Part shown: positions 1 to 11,961 of the stretch, in pieces
Layout of the letters: each line of letters starts with the position of its first letter
How positions within the stretch are numbered: position 1 is the stretch's first letter
Source of the DNA: TPA_inf: Saccharomyces
Taxonomy: Eukaryota
Length of the DNA stretch: 64,000 nucleotides
NCBI GenBank assembly: GCA_000146045.2
Contig: BK006941.2
Location: 128,001 to 192,000, forward strand
Reading direction: 5' to 3'
Notes under the pieces: generated by a model
The model's database searches: none
Seen by the model: the letters and a program-made list of their open reading frames with translations, nothing else
What the model was told of the DNA's origin: nothing
Program-made: the position numbers and the translations under genes

Positions 1-1161
1 ACTTATTTGACTTCAAACGATAACTATCAGGAACTGTTGAAATTAAAAGTGTCGCTGGAGAATATCGACAATGGGTATTATGACCCAGATTTGTTACGCA
101 AACAGTCAAGAGCACAGTCTTCAAGCACACAAGAAAGCAGTGGTAGTGCAAACGGCGAAAAAACTGCAACTGGCGCTGGCTCTCTGGAGACTTCTTCAAC
201 CAATGTCCCTACAGTATTTGCTGGCGGTCCCAGAGATAGCCACAATTCAGTAGGCTCCATTGGTTTTCCAAACAGTATGAATATACAAGGCTCAAGAAGA
301 TCGACATCAGGATTTTCTCCACGCGTTAAGATGAAATCGAGCTTAAGCAAGGAAATAGATCCCAAAACTTTTTATGAAGAGTACGAACCAAAAGAGGGCA
401 AAAGTTTTGATGATAACGATGATCAACAAACCAACATCGGAAGTTTTAACCTTCATTTGTTTGATATGAATTATGGTTCCATCAGCAGCAGTAGCACTAA
501 CAGCATTAGTAGCAGTGATTTAGAAGAGAAAGAAGAACAAGAGCAACTTCAAGATTTATTGGAAATAGAAAGAGAAGATTCTGCTGAGATCTTAGACGCA
601 AGATTCAGAAACAAAGAAGATGATAAAGTGACGAAGGATATATCAAATGACAAGAAACGCAATTACTTACCGCATGAAAAAAATAACTTGAAAGCCAAGG
701 AAGGTAAGGAAACTAGAGACGTAAGGGAGGAGGAGGAAGAATTCGATTTTGGTTTGGGAATGCTTTCGCTCAATAAAATAAAAAGAGAAGCCAAGCATGT
801 CGATAAGGTGGACGATTCTGTAGACCCTTTATTTAAATCATCTGCTTTCCCTCAAAGTCCCATTCGAGCATACGGGTCTACCACAAGAACTAGTTCGGCT
901 TCTGGAAAGCCATTCAGGGACAATCGTTCATTTAATGCATTTTCTGTTTTGACATTAGAAAATATGGCGTCTGCAAATGCCCTACCTCCCGTTGATTATG
1001 TCATAAAATCAATATACAGAACCACTGTGTTAGTGAACGATATCAGACTAATGGTTCGTTGCATGGATTGCATTGAATTATCTAAAAATTTACGAGCGCT
1101 CAAGAAAAAAACTATGGAAGATATTTCGAAATTGAAAGGCATCTCTAAACCGTCACCATAG
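1..1161 (+). CDS. MDS3: C-terminal portion (about 386 aa) of Mds3, a TOR-pathway/sporulation regulator. The ORF is open from window position 1 in frame 1, so the gene starts upstream of the window.
   Basis: Frame 1 is open from nt 1; the track ORF 7..1161 merely begins at an in-frame TTG. Low-complexity Ser/Asn-rich tail. Position immediately upstream of DSD1 and GCN1 matches the chrVII order YGL197W-YGL196W-YGL195W. Confidence 0.8.
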
Positions 1162-1882
1162 ACCGCTACGTCCCAGGATAGTTACTCGCACATATAAAGT
1201 TCTTAATAATCCAAGAATATGCTGCTATACATCTCAAAACGGATTGCTTCCATATGGGCGCCACTTTTCTGTTTCTTTGCTATCAAAACAGTTGGCACCA
1301 AAAAGCTACTCATTGCAAAGGTTTATTGCTTATGAAATATTGCTTTGTGAACAGATTCAACCGAAATTACCCGGTGAATATGACTATGTAAGTTATTAGT
1401 ATAGGTTGCATTTGCTGTATTCGTTGATAAGACAACATCTTGTATCATACTAGTTTCCGCACACTAGTATTTCGTCTACTATTGACTTTCTGATAAGGTT
1501 ATCTGGTTCCTGTATTTGCAGTTTATCGAAGCGGGCAGACCAGGTCAGCTCAGGACAATTCAAATTCAGATAATGAGGCACAGACTAATCATAACACGAA
1601 AATTGAATACATCCCACGATATAGCATAACCAAATGTCGGAACATAACTAGCAATACAATTTTTACATCGGGCCGAATCCGTCGGAGAGTGATAAGACGG
1701 AGTTAAAATATCTCTCAAAACCATGGAACAACAATATGTGTACATATATAAAGCTTTTGAGTGAAAAGATTTCTTTCCACTATTTACTGTCAATTTTATT
1801 CAACACGAAAGGGAATTAAGTGCACATAAATACTTCATTTCTTGATAAGGAAGTATAATATTGCTCCTAAGAAGAGTTTGAA

Positions 1883-3169
1883 ATGAGCGATGTTCTATCT
1901 CAATATAAAGGGTGCTCAGTCAGAGATTTACCCACACCCAATTTCGTTATTAATGAAGAAAAATTTGATAAGAATTGTACGACAATGTTGAACAACGTTG
2001 AAAAGCTCAGCCAGGAATGTGGCGTACCAATCAAATTTCGTGCACACGTAAAAACGCATAAGACAGCAAAGGGAACTTTGAAACAATTGGGCCACGGACT
2101 TCCATTGGCTAAACGCACTACAAGAGCCATATTAGTATCAACTTTGAAAGAAGCAGAAGAACTTCTTAATTATCAAGATAGACAATGTTCGGATTATATT
2201 GACGATATAACATATAGTTTACCCTGTTGCGTTCCAGAGTTTATTCCTCTTTTGAGCAATTTGTCAAGAAGGGTGAATAATTTTCAGGTTTTTGTTGATA
2301 ACATTGAACACTTGGAGAATTTAAAGAATTTCGGTAGGCCTGCTTCCGGCAAGAAATGGTCGGTTTTTATCAAGGTTGATATGGGGACTAAGAGGGCAGG
2401 TCTTGCTTTCGACTCTCCAGAATTTTTGAGTCTTTTAAAAAAACTGACTTCCTCAGAAATTAAAGAAGTAATTGAGCCATATGGGTTTTATGCTCATGCC
2501 GGACACAGCTACTCTTCAACCTCGATCAACGACACTCAGAATCTTTTGATGGAAGAAGTGAAAGCAGTCAATTCTGCCGCTAAAGTTTTGTGCTCTGTGG
2601 ATCCTCAGTTTGATCCTTCTAAATTAACACTTTCTGTGGGCGCTACTCCGACTTCCAATTCTTTGAAACTCGATAATAAAAGTACCCTTGTTAAATTCAT
2701 TACTACTCAATTAGTTAGTACGCTTGAAATCCACTGCGGTAATTACTGCATGTATGACCTGCAACAGGTGGCAACAGGCTGTGTCCAAGATCACGAATTG
2801 TCTGGTTTTGTATTAGGAACAGTACTATCATCTTACCCTTCTAGAGGTGAATTGTTGAGTAATACAGGTGTAATGTGTCTAACGCGAGAAGCATCCTCAA
2901 TAAAAGGGTTTGGAATATGTGCTGATTTGGAACATGTGTTAAAATCCGAGAGTTTCAGTAGGGAATGGTATGTAGCAAGGGTCTCTCAAGAACACGGGAT
3001 ACTGAGGCCAATAAGAAACTGGAACGAAACTACTCCATTAAAATTAGGCAGCAAAATTGCCGTCCTTCCTCAACACGCTTGTATCACAATGGGACAATTT
3101 CCATATTATTTCGTGGTAAACAGCGAAGGCATTGTCAACGATGTTTGGTTACCTTTTCAGAAATGGTAA
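1883..3169 (+). CDS. DSD1: D-serine dehydratase (PLP-dependent, alanine racemase-like fold), 428 aa
   Basis: 428-aa ORF. Its length and position next to GCN1 match YGL196W. Confidence 0.88.
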   Translation: MSDVLSQYKGCSVRDLPTPNFVINEEKFDKNCTTMLNNVEKLSQECGVPIKFRAHVKTHKTAKGTLKQLGHGLPLAKRTTRAILVSTLKEAEELLNYQDRQCSDYIDDITYSLPCCVPEFIPLLSNLSRRVNNFQVFVDNIEHLENLKNFGRPASGKKWSVFIKVDMGTKRAGLAFDSPEFLSLLKKLTSSEIKEVIEPYGFYAHAGHSYSSTSINDTQNLLMEEVKAVNSAAKVLCSVDPQFDPSKLTLSVGATPTSNSLKLDNKSTLVKFITTQLVSTLEIHCGNYCMYDLQQVATGCVQDHELSGFVLGTVLSSYPSRGELLSNTGVMCLTREASSIKGFGICADLEHVLKSESFSREWYVARVSQEHGILRPIRNWNETTPLKLGSKIAVLPQHACITMGQFPYYFVVNSEGIVNDVWLPFQKW

Positions 3170-3524
3170 GCTCTCTTTTGTCGTTGGTTATCACTCTCAT
3201 CAAAGCATCTCTGTGTCTATGTAATTGTGTATCTATTTATAAATAGTAACTAAGAGTAAGGTTGTACACAGGTTGGTCTAAACACCCTCTTGTTAAGCTT
3301 CCGCATTACCTGCGAGCTGGTAATTGTAATACAGATTTATTTGTTGATATAATGCTATGAAATTTCAACTACCGTCATTGAGCTTCTCAATAAAGTCGTT
3401 ACGTACGAATGAAAAATTTGAATAATTTAAACCTTCGAAAAGATCTTTGAGTTGTACTTATTAAACCTGAAGTAGATCATTAAGACAAACAAAGCTCTGA
3501 CTGACACCAATAACTCCTACAGTG

Positions 3525-6500
3525 ATGACAGCTATCTTAAACTGGGAAGATATATCCCCTGTTTTAGAGAAAGGCACCCGCGAATCACACGTGTCTAAAA
3601 GAGTTCCCTTTTTGCAAGATATATCACAATTAGTTCGTCAAGAAACATTGGAAAAACCTCAATTATCTGAAATTGCTTTCGTTTTATTGAATACCTTCAC
3701 GATTTACGAAGACAATAGGTCTAAAAGTTTGGTAACTTCAATATTGCTTGACATCTTAAATCTAGAGCCATGTCTCCTAGAAAACTTTATCCGATTCATT
3801 TCCGACGTGGTCATCAGTAATCCGGCTACCAAAGCAGTCGCTGATTACCTTAATTTGTTAGATTGGATTAATTCTTTCTTGATTTTTGTGTCGCATAATT
3901 CTAATTTATTTGAAGAGTACATTCCAAAATTGTTGGTCGCCCATTCTTATGCAACGTTCGGTGTGGAAACTATTCTTGACAATCAAGAAGAAGGCAAGAA
4001 ATCCCAAGATAAGCAGAACCAGCATAGAAAGAGAATTCGTTATTGCATTTTCCAAACAACGGTCAAAGCATTCCTTAAGTGCTTGAAGGATAATGACGAC
4101 AGTATTTCCTTCATGAAGATTTCAATTAAAACTGTACTGGAGAGCTACTCTAAGCTGAAGATAACCAGTGTTGGAGTAGTTATGATAATGGGTGCACTAA
4201 CTCAGGCTGCACTTCAGTTATTATCGAGGCAACCAGCTCTGCACTCCGTTTTAAAGGAAAATTCTGCAGAGAAATATTGCGAATATTTGGGCAAAGAAGT
4301 GTTTTTAGGCAAAAACCCACCATCTTCCTTTTGCTTAGAGATTGGTTTGAAGCCATTTTTAAAAGAATTTGTTTCACAAGAGTTATTCATTAAGTTTTTC
4401 ATCCCTAATATTGAAAAAGCAGTTTTAAGATCTCCTGAGGTTGGTTTTTCGATTTTATCTGAGTTATATGCTGGTGTTTCTCCTGAAAAAGTAAATCTCT
4501 TAAATGCCTTTGCTTCCTCGAAACTGATTAATCAATACTTCTCGTCATTTAAAAGCTCAAAAGAGGTAGTTAGATCCGTCTCGCTTCAGTCTATGATAAT
4601 CTTATTGAGAAAAATTTCCAATACTGACACTACCTTGGAAGATTTGACCAAGCTTATTGACGAAATATTTAAGAACATCAAATCGAACTTAAATGCAGAT
4701 TACAAATCACTTATTTCCAAAATTCTCATAGAAATACCCTTAACGCACTATGAGGTTTCAGAAAAAATCTGCAAAGGGCTGTCCCCATATATTGGTAAAG
4801 AAGGTAATGAAGCAGCCTTGACTCTAATGCTTAACGCTTTTTTTGTTCATTATTTTAGTCTGGGCAAACCTATTGAAGACTTGGATAAAATTATATCAGC
4901 TGGTTTTGCAGATAAAAAACCTGCTTTGAAAAAATGCTGGTTTGCCGCATTTTTGAACAATTCCAATGCTGCCTCTGAAGAGGTGATTTTAAACTTTATA
5001 GACGGTTGTTTGGAATTTGTGAAAGACTCCATCATACATTATCAGACTCACGGGCATGCATGTATTCTAGCATCAATTGAATTTACAAACAAAATTTTGG
5101 CATTGGACAATACTGAGCTAAATGATCGTGTTATGCAGCTCATAGAAACCCTTCCTGAAAATTCTTCGATAGGTGATGCTATCTTAACTGCTGCATTATC
5201 AACAGAGCTATCCATCGAAAACCGTATTCATGCTGTTAATTTACTACAAGAATTGTTCTACAAGAAACCCGAATTTATTGGGTTTAGCGTGATTGATGCA
5301 ATTGAAAGGAGAATGCGTGTCCAAGAATTAATACCTCAACAAAATACATCCTTTAAATATGTCACTTCTGTACTACTGGCCATTACGTCTGAGTTACCTG
5401 ACAAGGAAGCCTCGATAAAGGTATTAATCAATGCTCTGGTCATAGCGCAATGGAATATTTTCAACATTAAGAATGGCTGGGCTGGTTTAGTTTTACGTGC
5501 AAGGCTTGATCCAGCTGAAGTTGTCAAAGAACATGCTAGCGTTATCATGGAGAAGATTCTTGAAATCACAGGTAGTTGTGAATGGATAGATACAATTTAT
5601 GGTGCATGCGGTTTGCAAGCAGCTGCCTATGCAGCATTTATTCAGCCTAATGAGTTCACACCGATCCTTTGTAAGACTATCGAAGCAGATTTAACCGCGG
5701 ATGATTTCTCACGTTTATCTGAAGAGGACTTCGAAATTTTTGCAGGAGAGGAAGGTGTTCTGGTGGTTGACGTCCTGGAAGAAAGCATGAATAAGAAACT
5801 TTCCAATAAAAATTCTAAAGAGTACGAAACTCTAATGTGGGAACAAAAAATAAGGAAGGAGCAAGCCAAAAAGAATGTGAAAAAACTTTCAAAAGAGGAA
5901 CAAGAGCTCGTTAATGAACAGTTAGCGAAAGAATCTGCAGTTAGATCACACGTTTCGGAAATTTCCACTCGTTTAAAGCGTGGTATTAGATTGGTATCTG
6001 AACTTTCCAAAGCTGCTTGCTTAGTCCAAAATGGCATCGCTACTTGGTTCCCCTTGGCAGTCACAAAGCTTTTGTACCTATGCTCGGAACCAAATATTTC
6101 AAAGCTAACAGAGGATGTAAATAATGTGTTCTTGCAGCTTTCTCAAAATGTCTCCGAGAGATTAGGTAATATCAGACTTTTCTTAGGTTTGGCGACTTTG
6201 CGTGTGCACAATGCTAATGGCATCTCGCAAGATTATTTACAAGAACCACTGGTTGAATTACTTACAAGAGTTCTTTTTAGGATCAAGTTCGTCTCCAACC
6301 AAGCAGCAATAGATTCCATCAGTTTGACATATATTTTACCATTGTTGATTAATGTTTTAGAAAAGGGTAAGGCGATTGCATTAAAGAATGCGGACAAGCC
6401 TGTTGTTAAGGCTGAGTTTGTTGAAGAAGATGAAGAAGAAGAACATCTGTTACTGGCCATGGAAATTATTTCTGTACACGCTGAAGCTTTTGAGGATCCT

Positions 6501-9500
6501 TCCATTCCGAGAATTTCCATTGTTGAAGTGTTACTATCTCTTCTATCTTTACCCTCAAAAGCGAAGATTGCTAAAGATTGTTTCAACGCTCTGTGCCAAA
6601 GCATATCTGTTGCACCAAATCAAGAAGACCTTGATATGATACTATCAAATTTACTATCACCAAATCAATTTGTCCGTTCAACAATATTAGAAACTCTTGA
6701 TAACGAATTCGAATTAGAACCTTTTATGAAATATTCACCTGAAGTTTTCATTTGCAGATTTGATTCGGATCCTTCCAACCGCGAGATTGCAGATTTCATT
6801 TGGGAGTTCAACAAATTTGTAGTCAACGATGAATTACTAAAAAGCTTATTCCCACTATTCAATCAGGATGATAGTGGCTTGAGATTATTTGCGGCAAACG
6901 CGTACGCATTTGGTGCGGTAAGTCTGTTTACCTCTGAAGAGAACTCCTCGAAAGATTACTTAAATGATTTGCTGAACTTTTATAAAGAAAAGGCAAAGCC
7001 ATTGGAGCCAATTCTTGATCAATTTGGCTTGGTTCTTGTTTCTGCGAGTGAACAAAAAGATCCATGGCAAGGAAGAAGTACCGTTGCTATTACATTAAAA
7101 ATCATGGCTAAGGCTTTTTCTGCAGAGGATGATACTGTCGTTAACATTATAAAATTTTTGGTCGATGATGGAGGTCTAGTAGACAGAGAGCCTATTGTTC
7201 GTCAAGAAATGAAAGAAGCTGGTGTTGAATTAATTACGTTACATGGCTCACAAAACTCGAAGGATTTAATTCCTATATTTGAAGAAGCATTAAGCTCCAG
7301 TACGGACAGTGCCTTAAAAGAGAACGTTATTATTTTGTATGGTACATTAGCAAGACATTTACAGCAAAGTGATGCAAGGATTCACACGATCATTGAAAGA
7401 TTGCTTTCAACTTTGGATACTCCTTCTGCGGATATTCAACAGGCTGTGTCGGCTTGTATAGCACCACTAGTTTTCCAGTTCAAACAAAAAGTTGGTGATT
7501 ACTTGGGTATCCTAATGGAGAAACTGCTGAATCCAACTGTTGCTTCTTCTATGCGGAAAGGTGCCGCTTGGGGTATCGCTGGTTTAGTGAAAGGTTACGG
7601 TATCTCGGCTCTCTCGGAGTTTGACATTATTCGCAACCTCATCGAAGCTGCAGAAGATAAAAAGGAGCCAAAAAGACGTGAATCTGTTGGCTTCTGCTTT
7701 CAATATTTGTCTGAATCTCTAGGAAAGTTTTTTGAACCATATGTGATAGAAATTCTTCCAAATATTTTAAAGAATTTAGGGGATGCTGTTCCTGAAGTTA
7801 GAGATGCAACCGCTCGTGCCACTAAGGCTATAATGGCGCATACTACAGGTTACGGTGTTAAAAAGTTAATTCCAGTTGCTGTTTCTAATTTGGATGAAAT
7901 TGCTTGGAGAACTAAGAGGGGCTCTGTTCAATTGTTGGGTAATATGGCTTATTTAGATCCTACTCAATTGTCAGCTTCTTTGTCCACCATTGTCCCAGAA
8001 ATTGTTGGTGTATTGAACGACTCTCACAAAGAGGTGCGTAAGGCCGCTGATGAATCCTTGAAAAGATTCGGTGAAGTTATCAGAAATCCGGAAATTCAGA
8101 AATTGGTGCCCGTACTTTTGCAAGCTATCGGTGATCCAACAAAATACACTGAAGAGGCCTTGGATTCGTTAATTCAAACACAATTTGTCCATTATATTGA
8201 TGGTCCTTCACTAGCACTAATTATTCATATTATTCATCGTGGTATGCATGATAGATCTGCCAACATTAAGAGGAAAGCATGTAAGATCGTGGGCAATATG
8301 GCCATTTTGGTTGATACCAAAGATCTCATCCCATATTTACAACAGCTGATAGATGAAGTGGAGATTGCTATGGTGGATCCAGTTCCAAATACTAGAGCCA
8401 CAGCAGCACGTGCTTTGGGTGCTTTGGTAGAAAGGTTAGGTGAAGAGCAATTCCCAGATTTGATTCCTCGTCTACTAGATACCTTAAGTGACGAATCAAA
8501 ATCTGGTGATCGTCTCGGTTCTGCTCAAGCTCTAGCTGAAGTTATTAGTGGCTTGGGCTTGACCAAGTTGGATGAGATGTTACCAACCATTTTAGCTGGT
8601 GTAACCAATTTTCGTGCTTATATCAGGGAAGGATTCATGCCTTTGCTGCTTTTCCTTCCTGTTTGTTTTGGATCACAATTTGCTCCATACATTAATCAGA
8701 TTATTCAGCCTATTCTTTCCGGATTGGCCGATAATGATGAAAATATTCGCGATACTGCTTTGAAGGCTGGTAAATTAATTGTCAAAAACTACGCTACAAA
8801 GGCCGTTGATTTGTTGTTGCCTGAATTAGAAAGGGGTATGTTCGATGAAAATGACAGAATTCGCTTATCTTCTGTTCAATTAACCGGAGAACTATTGTTC
8901 CAAGTTACTGGTATTTCCTCCAGGAACGAATTTTCTGAGGAAGATGGTGATCATAATGGTGAATTCTCTGGTAAATTGGTCGATGTACTTGGCCAAGACC
9001 GTCGTGATAGAATTTTAGCCGCATTATTTGTATGCAGGAACGACACTTCTGGTATCGTACGTGCTACGACGGTTGACATTTGGAAGGCATTGGTTCCAAA
9101 TACTCCAAGAGCTGTGAAAGAGATCCTTCCAACATTGACTGGTATGATAGTCACTCACTTGGCTTCATCATCCAATGTATTACGCAACATTGCTGCTCAG
9201 ACCTTAGGTGATCTTGTCCGTCGTGTAGGTGGTAATGCTTTGTCCCAACTGTTACCAAGTTTGGAGGAATCTTTGATAGAAACATCAAACTCAGATTCGA
9301 GACAAGGTGTTTGTATTGCTCTTTATGAGTTAATTGAATCGGCTTCTACGGAAACGATATCACAGTTCCAATCTACCATCGTTAACATTATTCGTACGGC
9401 ATTAATTGATGAGTCGGCTACTGTCAGAGAAGCGGCTGCATTATCTTTTGATGTATTCCAAGATGTTGTAGGAAAAACTGCTGTTGATGAAGTTTTACCA

Positions 9501-11543
9501 TATTTGTTGCATATGCTTGAATCTTCTGATAATTCTGACTTTGCTTTGTTAGGTTTACAAGAAATTATGTCGAAGAAGTCCGACGTAATCTTCCCAATTT
9601 TAATTCCAACCCTATTAGCCCCTCCAATAGACGCCTTCAGGGCTTCTGCTTTAGGTTCTTTGGCGGAAGTTGCTGGCTCAGCCTTATACAAGCGTTTATC
9701 AATTATAATCAACGCACTAGTGGATGCAATCATAGGTACTTCTGAAGATGAATCGACCAAGGGTGCATTAGAACTTGCATTAGACAGGGTATTCTTATCT
9801 GTGAATGATGACGAAGGTCTTCACCCATTACTTCAACAGATTATGTCACTACTAAAGAGTGATAATATAGAGAAACGCATAGCTGTTTTAGAACGTTTGC
9901 CAAATTTCTTCGATAAGACTGTTCTTGATTTTGATGTCTATATTCCGAACTTTGTCTCTCACGCAATTTTATCATTAGATGATGAAGATCAAAGGGTTGT
10001 TAATGGTAACTTCAATGCTTTGTCTACTTTGTTGAAGAAGGTTGATAAGCCCACCTTAGAAAAATTAGTTAAGCCTGCTAAACAGTCATTGGCATTAACA
10101 GGCAGGCAAGGTCAAGATGTCGCTGCATTTAAGCTTCCAAGAGGCCCTAACTGTGTTTTGCCTATTTTCTTGCATGGTTTGATGTATGGTTCGAATGATG
10201 AAAGGGAAGAATCTGCATTAGCCATTGCTGACGTTGTTTCGAAGACCCCTGCCGCTAACTTGAAGCCATTTGTGAGCGTAATTACTGGTCCATTAATTCG
10301 TGTCGTGGGTGAAAGATTTAGTAGTGATATCAAAGCAGCAATTTTATTTGCACTTAATGTGCTATTCATTAAGATTCCAATGTTCTTGAGGCCTTTTATC
10401 CCTCAATTACAAAGAACATTTGTTAAATCCTTGTCTGACGCTACCAATGAAACGTTACGTCTCCGCGCCGCAAAGGCTCTTGGTGCCCTGATTGAACATC
10501 AGCCTCGTGTTGACCCTCTAGTCATTGAACTGGTGACAGGTGCCAAGCAAGCCACAGATGAAGGTGTCAAGACTGCGATGCTTAAAGCTTTACTGGAAGT
10601 TATTATGAAGGCTGGTTCCAAATTAAACGAAAATTCTAAGACAAACATTGTCAATTTAGTTGAGGAAGAAATGTTGGGTAGCAATGACAAATTGGCAGTT
10701 GCTTACGCTAAATTAATCGGATCGTTATCAGAGATTTTGTCGAACGACGAAGCCCACAAGATATTGCAAGACAAGGTTTTGAATGCAGATCTAGATGGAG
10801 AAACCGGTAAGTTTGCTATTCTGACTTTGAATTCCTTTTTGAAAGATGCACCAACACATATATTCAATACGGGCTTGATAGACGAATTTGTAAGTTACAT
10901 TTTGAATGCAATCCGTTCCCCTGATGTTTACTTCGGAGAAAATGGTACCATTGCTGCTGGTAAATTACTTTTATTAGAAGGAGAAAAGAGGTCTCCATTT
11001 GTTAAAAAGGATGCTGCAGAACCATTCAAAATTGGCGATGAAAACATCAATCTGTTAATTAATGAGTTGAGCAAAGCTGTCTTACAACCAGCCAGTAATT
11101 CTACGGATGTAAGAAGGTTGGCCTTGGTGGTTATAAGAACACTAGCCAGATTCAAATTTGACGAGTGCATTAAGCAATACTTCGATGTAGTAGGACCATC
11201 TGTATTTTCTTGCTTGCGTGATCCTGTTATCCCAATTAAGCTCGCAGCAGAAAAAGCATATTTAGCTTTGTTCAAATTGGTTGAAGAAGATGACATGCAT
11301 ACTTTCAACGAGTGGTTTGCTAAAATTTCAGATCGCGGTAACAGCATCGAAACTGTCACAGGTACTACAATTCAATTACGGTCTGTTGGGGACTATACCA
11401 AGAGGGTTGGTAAAAGGTTAGCAAATGTCGAAAGAGAAAGGATTGCTGCCGGAGGAGACGCGGAAACAATGTTTAGTGACAGATTTGAAGATGAAAGAGA
11501 AATATGGGCTGTCGGAGGTGTTGAATTAACCACTGATATTTGA
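3525..11543 (+). CDS. GCN1: Gcn1, HEAT-repeat activator of the Gcn2 eIF2alpha kinase, 2672 aa. The track ORF starts one codon earlier at 3522 (MMTAIL...); the annotated protein starts MTAILNWEDISPVL.
   Basis: The 2673-aa ORF is recognisable as Gcn1 (HEAT repeats, EF3-like region). Confidence 0.95.
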   Translation: MTAILNWEDISPVLEKGTRESHVSKRVPFLQDISQLVRQETLEKPQLSEIAFVLLNTFTIYEDNRSKSLVTSILLDILNLEPCLLENFIRFISDVVISNPATKAVADYLNLLDWINSFLIFVSHNSNLFEEYIPKLLVAHSYATFGVETILDNQEEGKKSQDKQNQHRKRIRYCIFQTTVKAFLKCLKDNDDSISFMKISIKTVLESYSKLKITSVGVVMIMGALTQAALQLLSRQPALHSVLKENSAEKYCEYLGKEVFLGKNPPSSFCLEIGLKPFLKEFVSQELFIKFFIPNIEKAVLRSPEVGFSILSELYAGVSPEKVNLLNAFASSKLINQYFSSFKSSKEVVRSVSLQSMIILLRKISNTDTTLEDLTKLIDEIFKNIKSNLNADYKSLISKILIEIPLTHYEVSEKICKGLSPYIGKEGNEAALTLMLNAFFVHYFSLGKPIEDLDKIISAGFADKKPALKKCWFAAFLNNSNAASEEVILNFIDGCLEFVKDSIIHYQTHGHACILASIEFTNKILALDNTELNDRVMQLIETLPENSSIGDAILTAALSTELSIENRIHAVNLLQELFYKKPEFIGFSVIDAIERRMRVQELIPQQNTSFKYVTSVLLAITSELPDKEASIKVLINALVIAQWNIFNIKNGWAGLVLRARLDPAEVVKEHASVIMEKILEITGSCEWIDTIYGACGLQAAAYAAFIQPNEFTPILCKTIEADLTADDFSRLSEEDFEIFAGEEGVLVVDVLEESMNKKLSNKNSKEYETLMWEQKIRKEQAKKNVKKLSKEEQELVNEQLAKESAVRSHVSEISTRLKRGIRLVSELSKAACLVQNGIATWFPLAVTKLLYLCSEPNISKLTEDVNNVFLQLSQNVSERLGNIRLFLGLATLRVHNANGISQDYLQEPLVELLTRVLFRIKFVSNQAAIDSISLTYILPLLINVLEKGKAIALKNADKPVVKAEFVEEDEEEEHLLLAMEIISVHAEAFEDPSIPRISIVEVLLSLLSLPSKAKIAKDCFNALCQSISVAPNQEDLDMILSNLLSPNQFVRSTILETLDNEFELEPFMKYSPEVFICRFDSDPSNREIADFIWEFNKFVVNDELLKSLFPLFNQDDSGLRLFAANAYAFGAVSLFTSEENSSKDYLNDLLNFYKEKAKPLEPILDQFGLVLVSASEQKDPWQGRSTVAITLKIMAKAFSAEDDTVVNIIKFLVDDGGLVDREPIVRQEMKEAGVELITLHGSQNSKDLIPIFEEALSSSTDSALKENVIILYGTLARHLQQSDARIHTIIERLLSTLDTPSADIQQAVSACIAPLVFQFKQKVGDYLGILMEKLLNPTVASSMRKGAAWGIAGLVKGYGISALSEFDIIRNLIEAAEDKKEPKRRESVGFCFQYLSESLGKFFEPYVIEILPNILKNLGDAVPEVRDATARATKAIMAHTTGYGVKKLIPVAVSNLDEIAWRTKRGSVQLLGNMAYLDPTQLSASLSTIVPEIVGVLNDSHKEVRKAADESLKRFGEVIRNPEIQKLVPVLLQAIGDPTKYTEEALDSLIQTQFVHYIDGPSLALIIHIIHRGMHDRSANIKRKACKIVGNMAILVDTKDLIPYLQQLIDEVEIAMVDPVPNTRATAARALGALVERLGEEQFPDLIPRLLDTLSDESKSGDRLGSAQALAEVISGLGLTKLDEMLPTILAGVTNFRAYIREGFMPLLLFLPVCFGSQFAPYINQIIQPILSGLADNDENIRDTALKAGKLIVKNYATKAVDLLLPELERGMFDENDRIRLSSVQLTGELLFQVTGISSRNEFSEEDGDHNGEFSGKLVDVLGQDRRDRILAALFVCRNDTSGIVRATTVDIWKALVPNTPRAVKEILPTLTGMIVTHLASSSNVLRNIAAQTLGDLVRRVGGNALSQLLPSLEESLIETSNSDSRQGVCIALYELIESASTETISQFQSTIVNIIRTALIDESATVREAAALSFDVFQDVVGKTAVDEVLPYLLHMLESSDNSDFALLGLQEIMSKKSDVIFPILIPTLLAPPIDAFRASALGSLAEVAGSALYKRLSIIINALVDAIIGTSEDESTKGALELALDRVFLSVNDDEGLHPLLQQIMSLLKSDNIEKRIAVLERLPNFFDKTVLDFDVYIPNFVSHAILSLDDEDQRVVNGNFNALSTLLKKVDKPTLEKLVKPAKQSLALTGRQGQDVAAFKLPRGPNCVLPIFLHGLMYGSNDEREESALAIADVVSKTPAANLKPFVSVITGPLIRVVGERFSSDIKAAILFALNVLFIKIPMFLRPFIPQLQRTFVKSLSDATNETLRLRAAKALGALIEHQPRVDPLVIELVTGAKQATDEGVKTAMLKALLEVIMKAGSKLNENSKTNIVNLVEEEMLGSNDKLAVAYAKLIGSLSEILSNDEAHKILQDKVLNADLDGETGKFAILTLNSFLKDAPTHIFNTGLIDEFVSYILNAIRSPDVYFGENGTIAAGKLLLLEGEKRSPFVKKDAAEPFKIGDENINLLINELSKAVLQPASNSTDVRRLALVVIRTLARFKFDECIKQYFDVVGPSVFSCLRDPVIPIKLAAEKAYLALFKLVEEDDMHTFNEWFAKISDRGNSIETVTGTTIQLRSVGDYTKRVGKRLANVERERIAAGGDAETMFSDRFEDEREIWAVGGVELTTDI

Positions 11544-11718
11544 AGAAAATTCAATGTGGTAACCTCGTTACTTTTTGTATTTGATATATTATTCTCGTTA
11601 TATAATACATACCACATAATGATATAAAAGACAAAGATATTTTGAAGTCTTCCGCTGTGCATAAGGGTTATTTATATATCTATTGCTCCCAGCATTGTAG
11701 CTAATAAGGGCTTGATAA

Positions 11719-11961
11719 TTATTCGTACCCGGATTCATAATTGTCAACTAACTGCCAAACCCAGCGCTCTAATAGTGGCGAGACTTGCCACCACATCATA
11801 TCGTTACGATCTGTATTGGCGATTCCTAAACACCAAATAACTGTCGACTTTAAATAGCGTCTCAGAAATAACTTATAAGAGAGGTTTATTATTAGAACTA
11901 TCAATAAAATTAGAGCAATAATTTTAAACGGTTTGATACAAGTTATCTCTTTATTAGACAT
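11719..11961 (-). CDS. Small ORF of 80 aa, matching the position and size of YGL194C-A (unknown function)
   Basis: 80-aa ORF in the GCN1-HOS2 interval with a hydrophobic central segment. No further support. Confidence 0.35.
   Translation of the reverse strand: MSNKEITCIKPFKIIALILLIVLIINLSYKLFLRRYLKSTVIWCLGIANTDRNDMMWWQVSPLLERWVWQLVDNYESGYE

Noticed and set aside
1388-1540. Intron-like GTAAGT ... TTTGCAG pair and an 8-bp-arm palindrome ATACTAGT-N8-ACTAGTAT in the MDS3-DSD1 intergenic region
   Set aside because: No TACTAAC-type branch point, no flanking ORF to splice, and GTAAGT is a rare yeast 5'SS. The palindrome is short and AT-rich (it contains SpeI sites), so chance occurrence is plausible.
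3886-11359. Many 60-150-aa ORFs in the track lying inside or antisense to GCN1, XRN1, PMR1, ATG1, NUP49 and others
   Set aside because: They are embedded in long, well-supported genes on the opposite strand or in another frame and have low-complexity translations. They are standard spurious ORFs.
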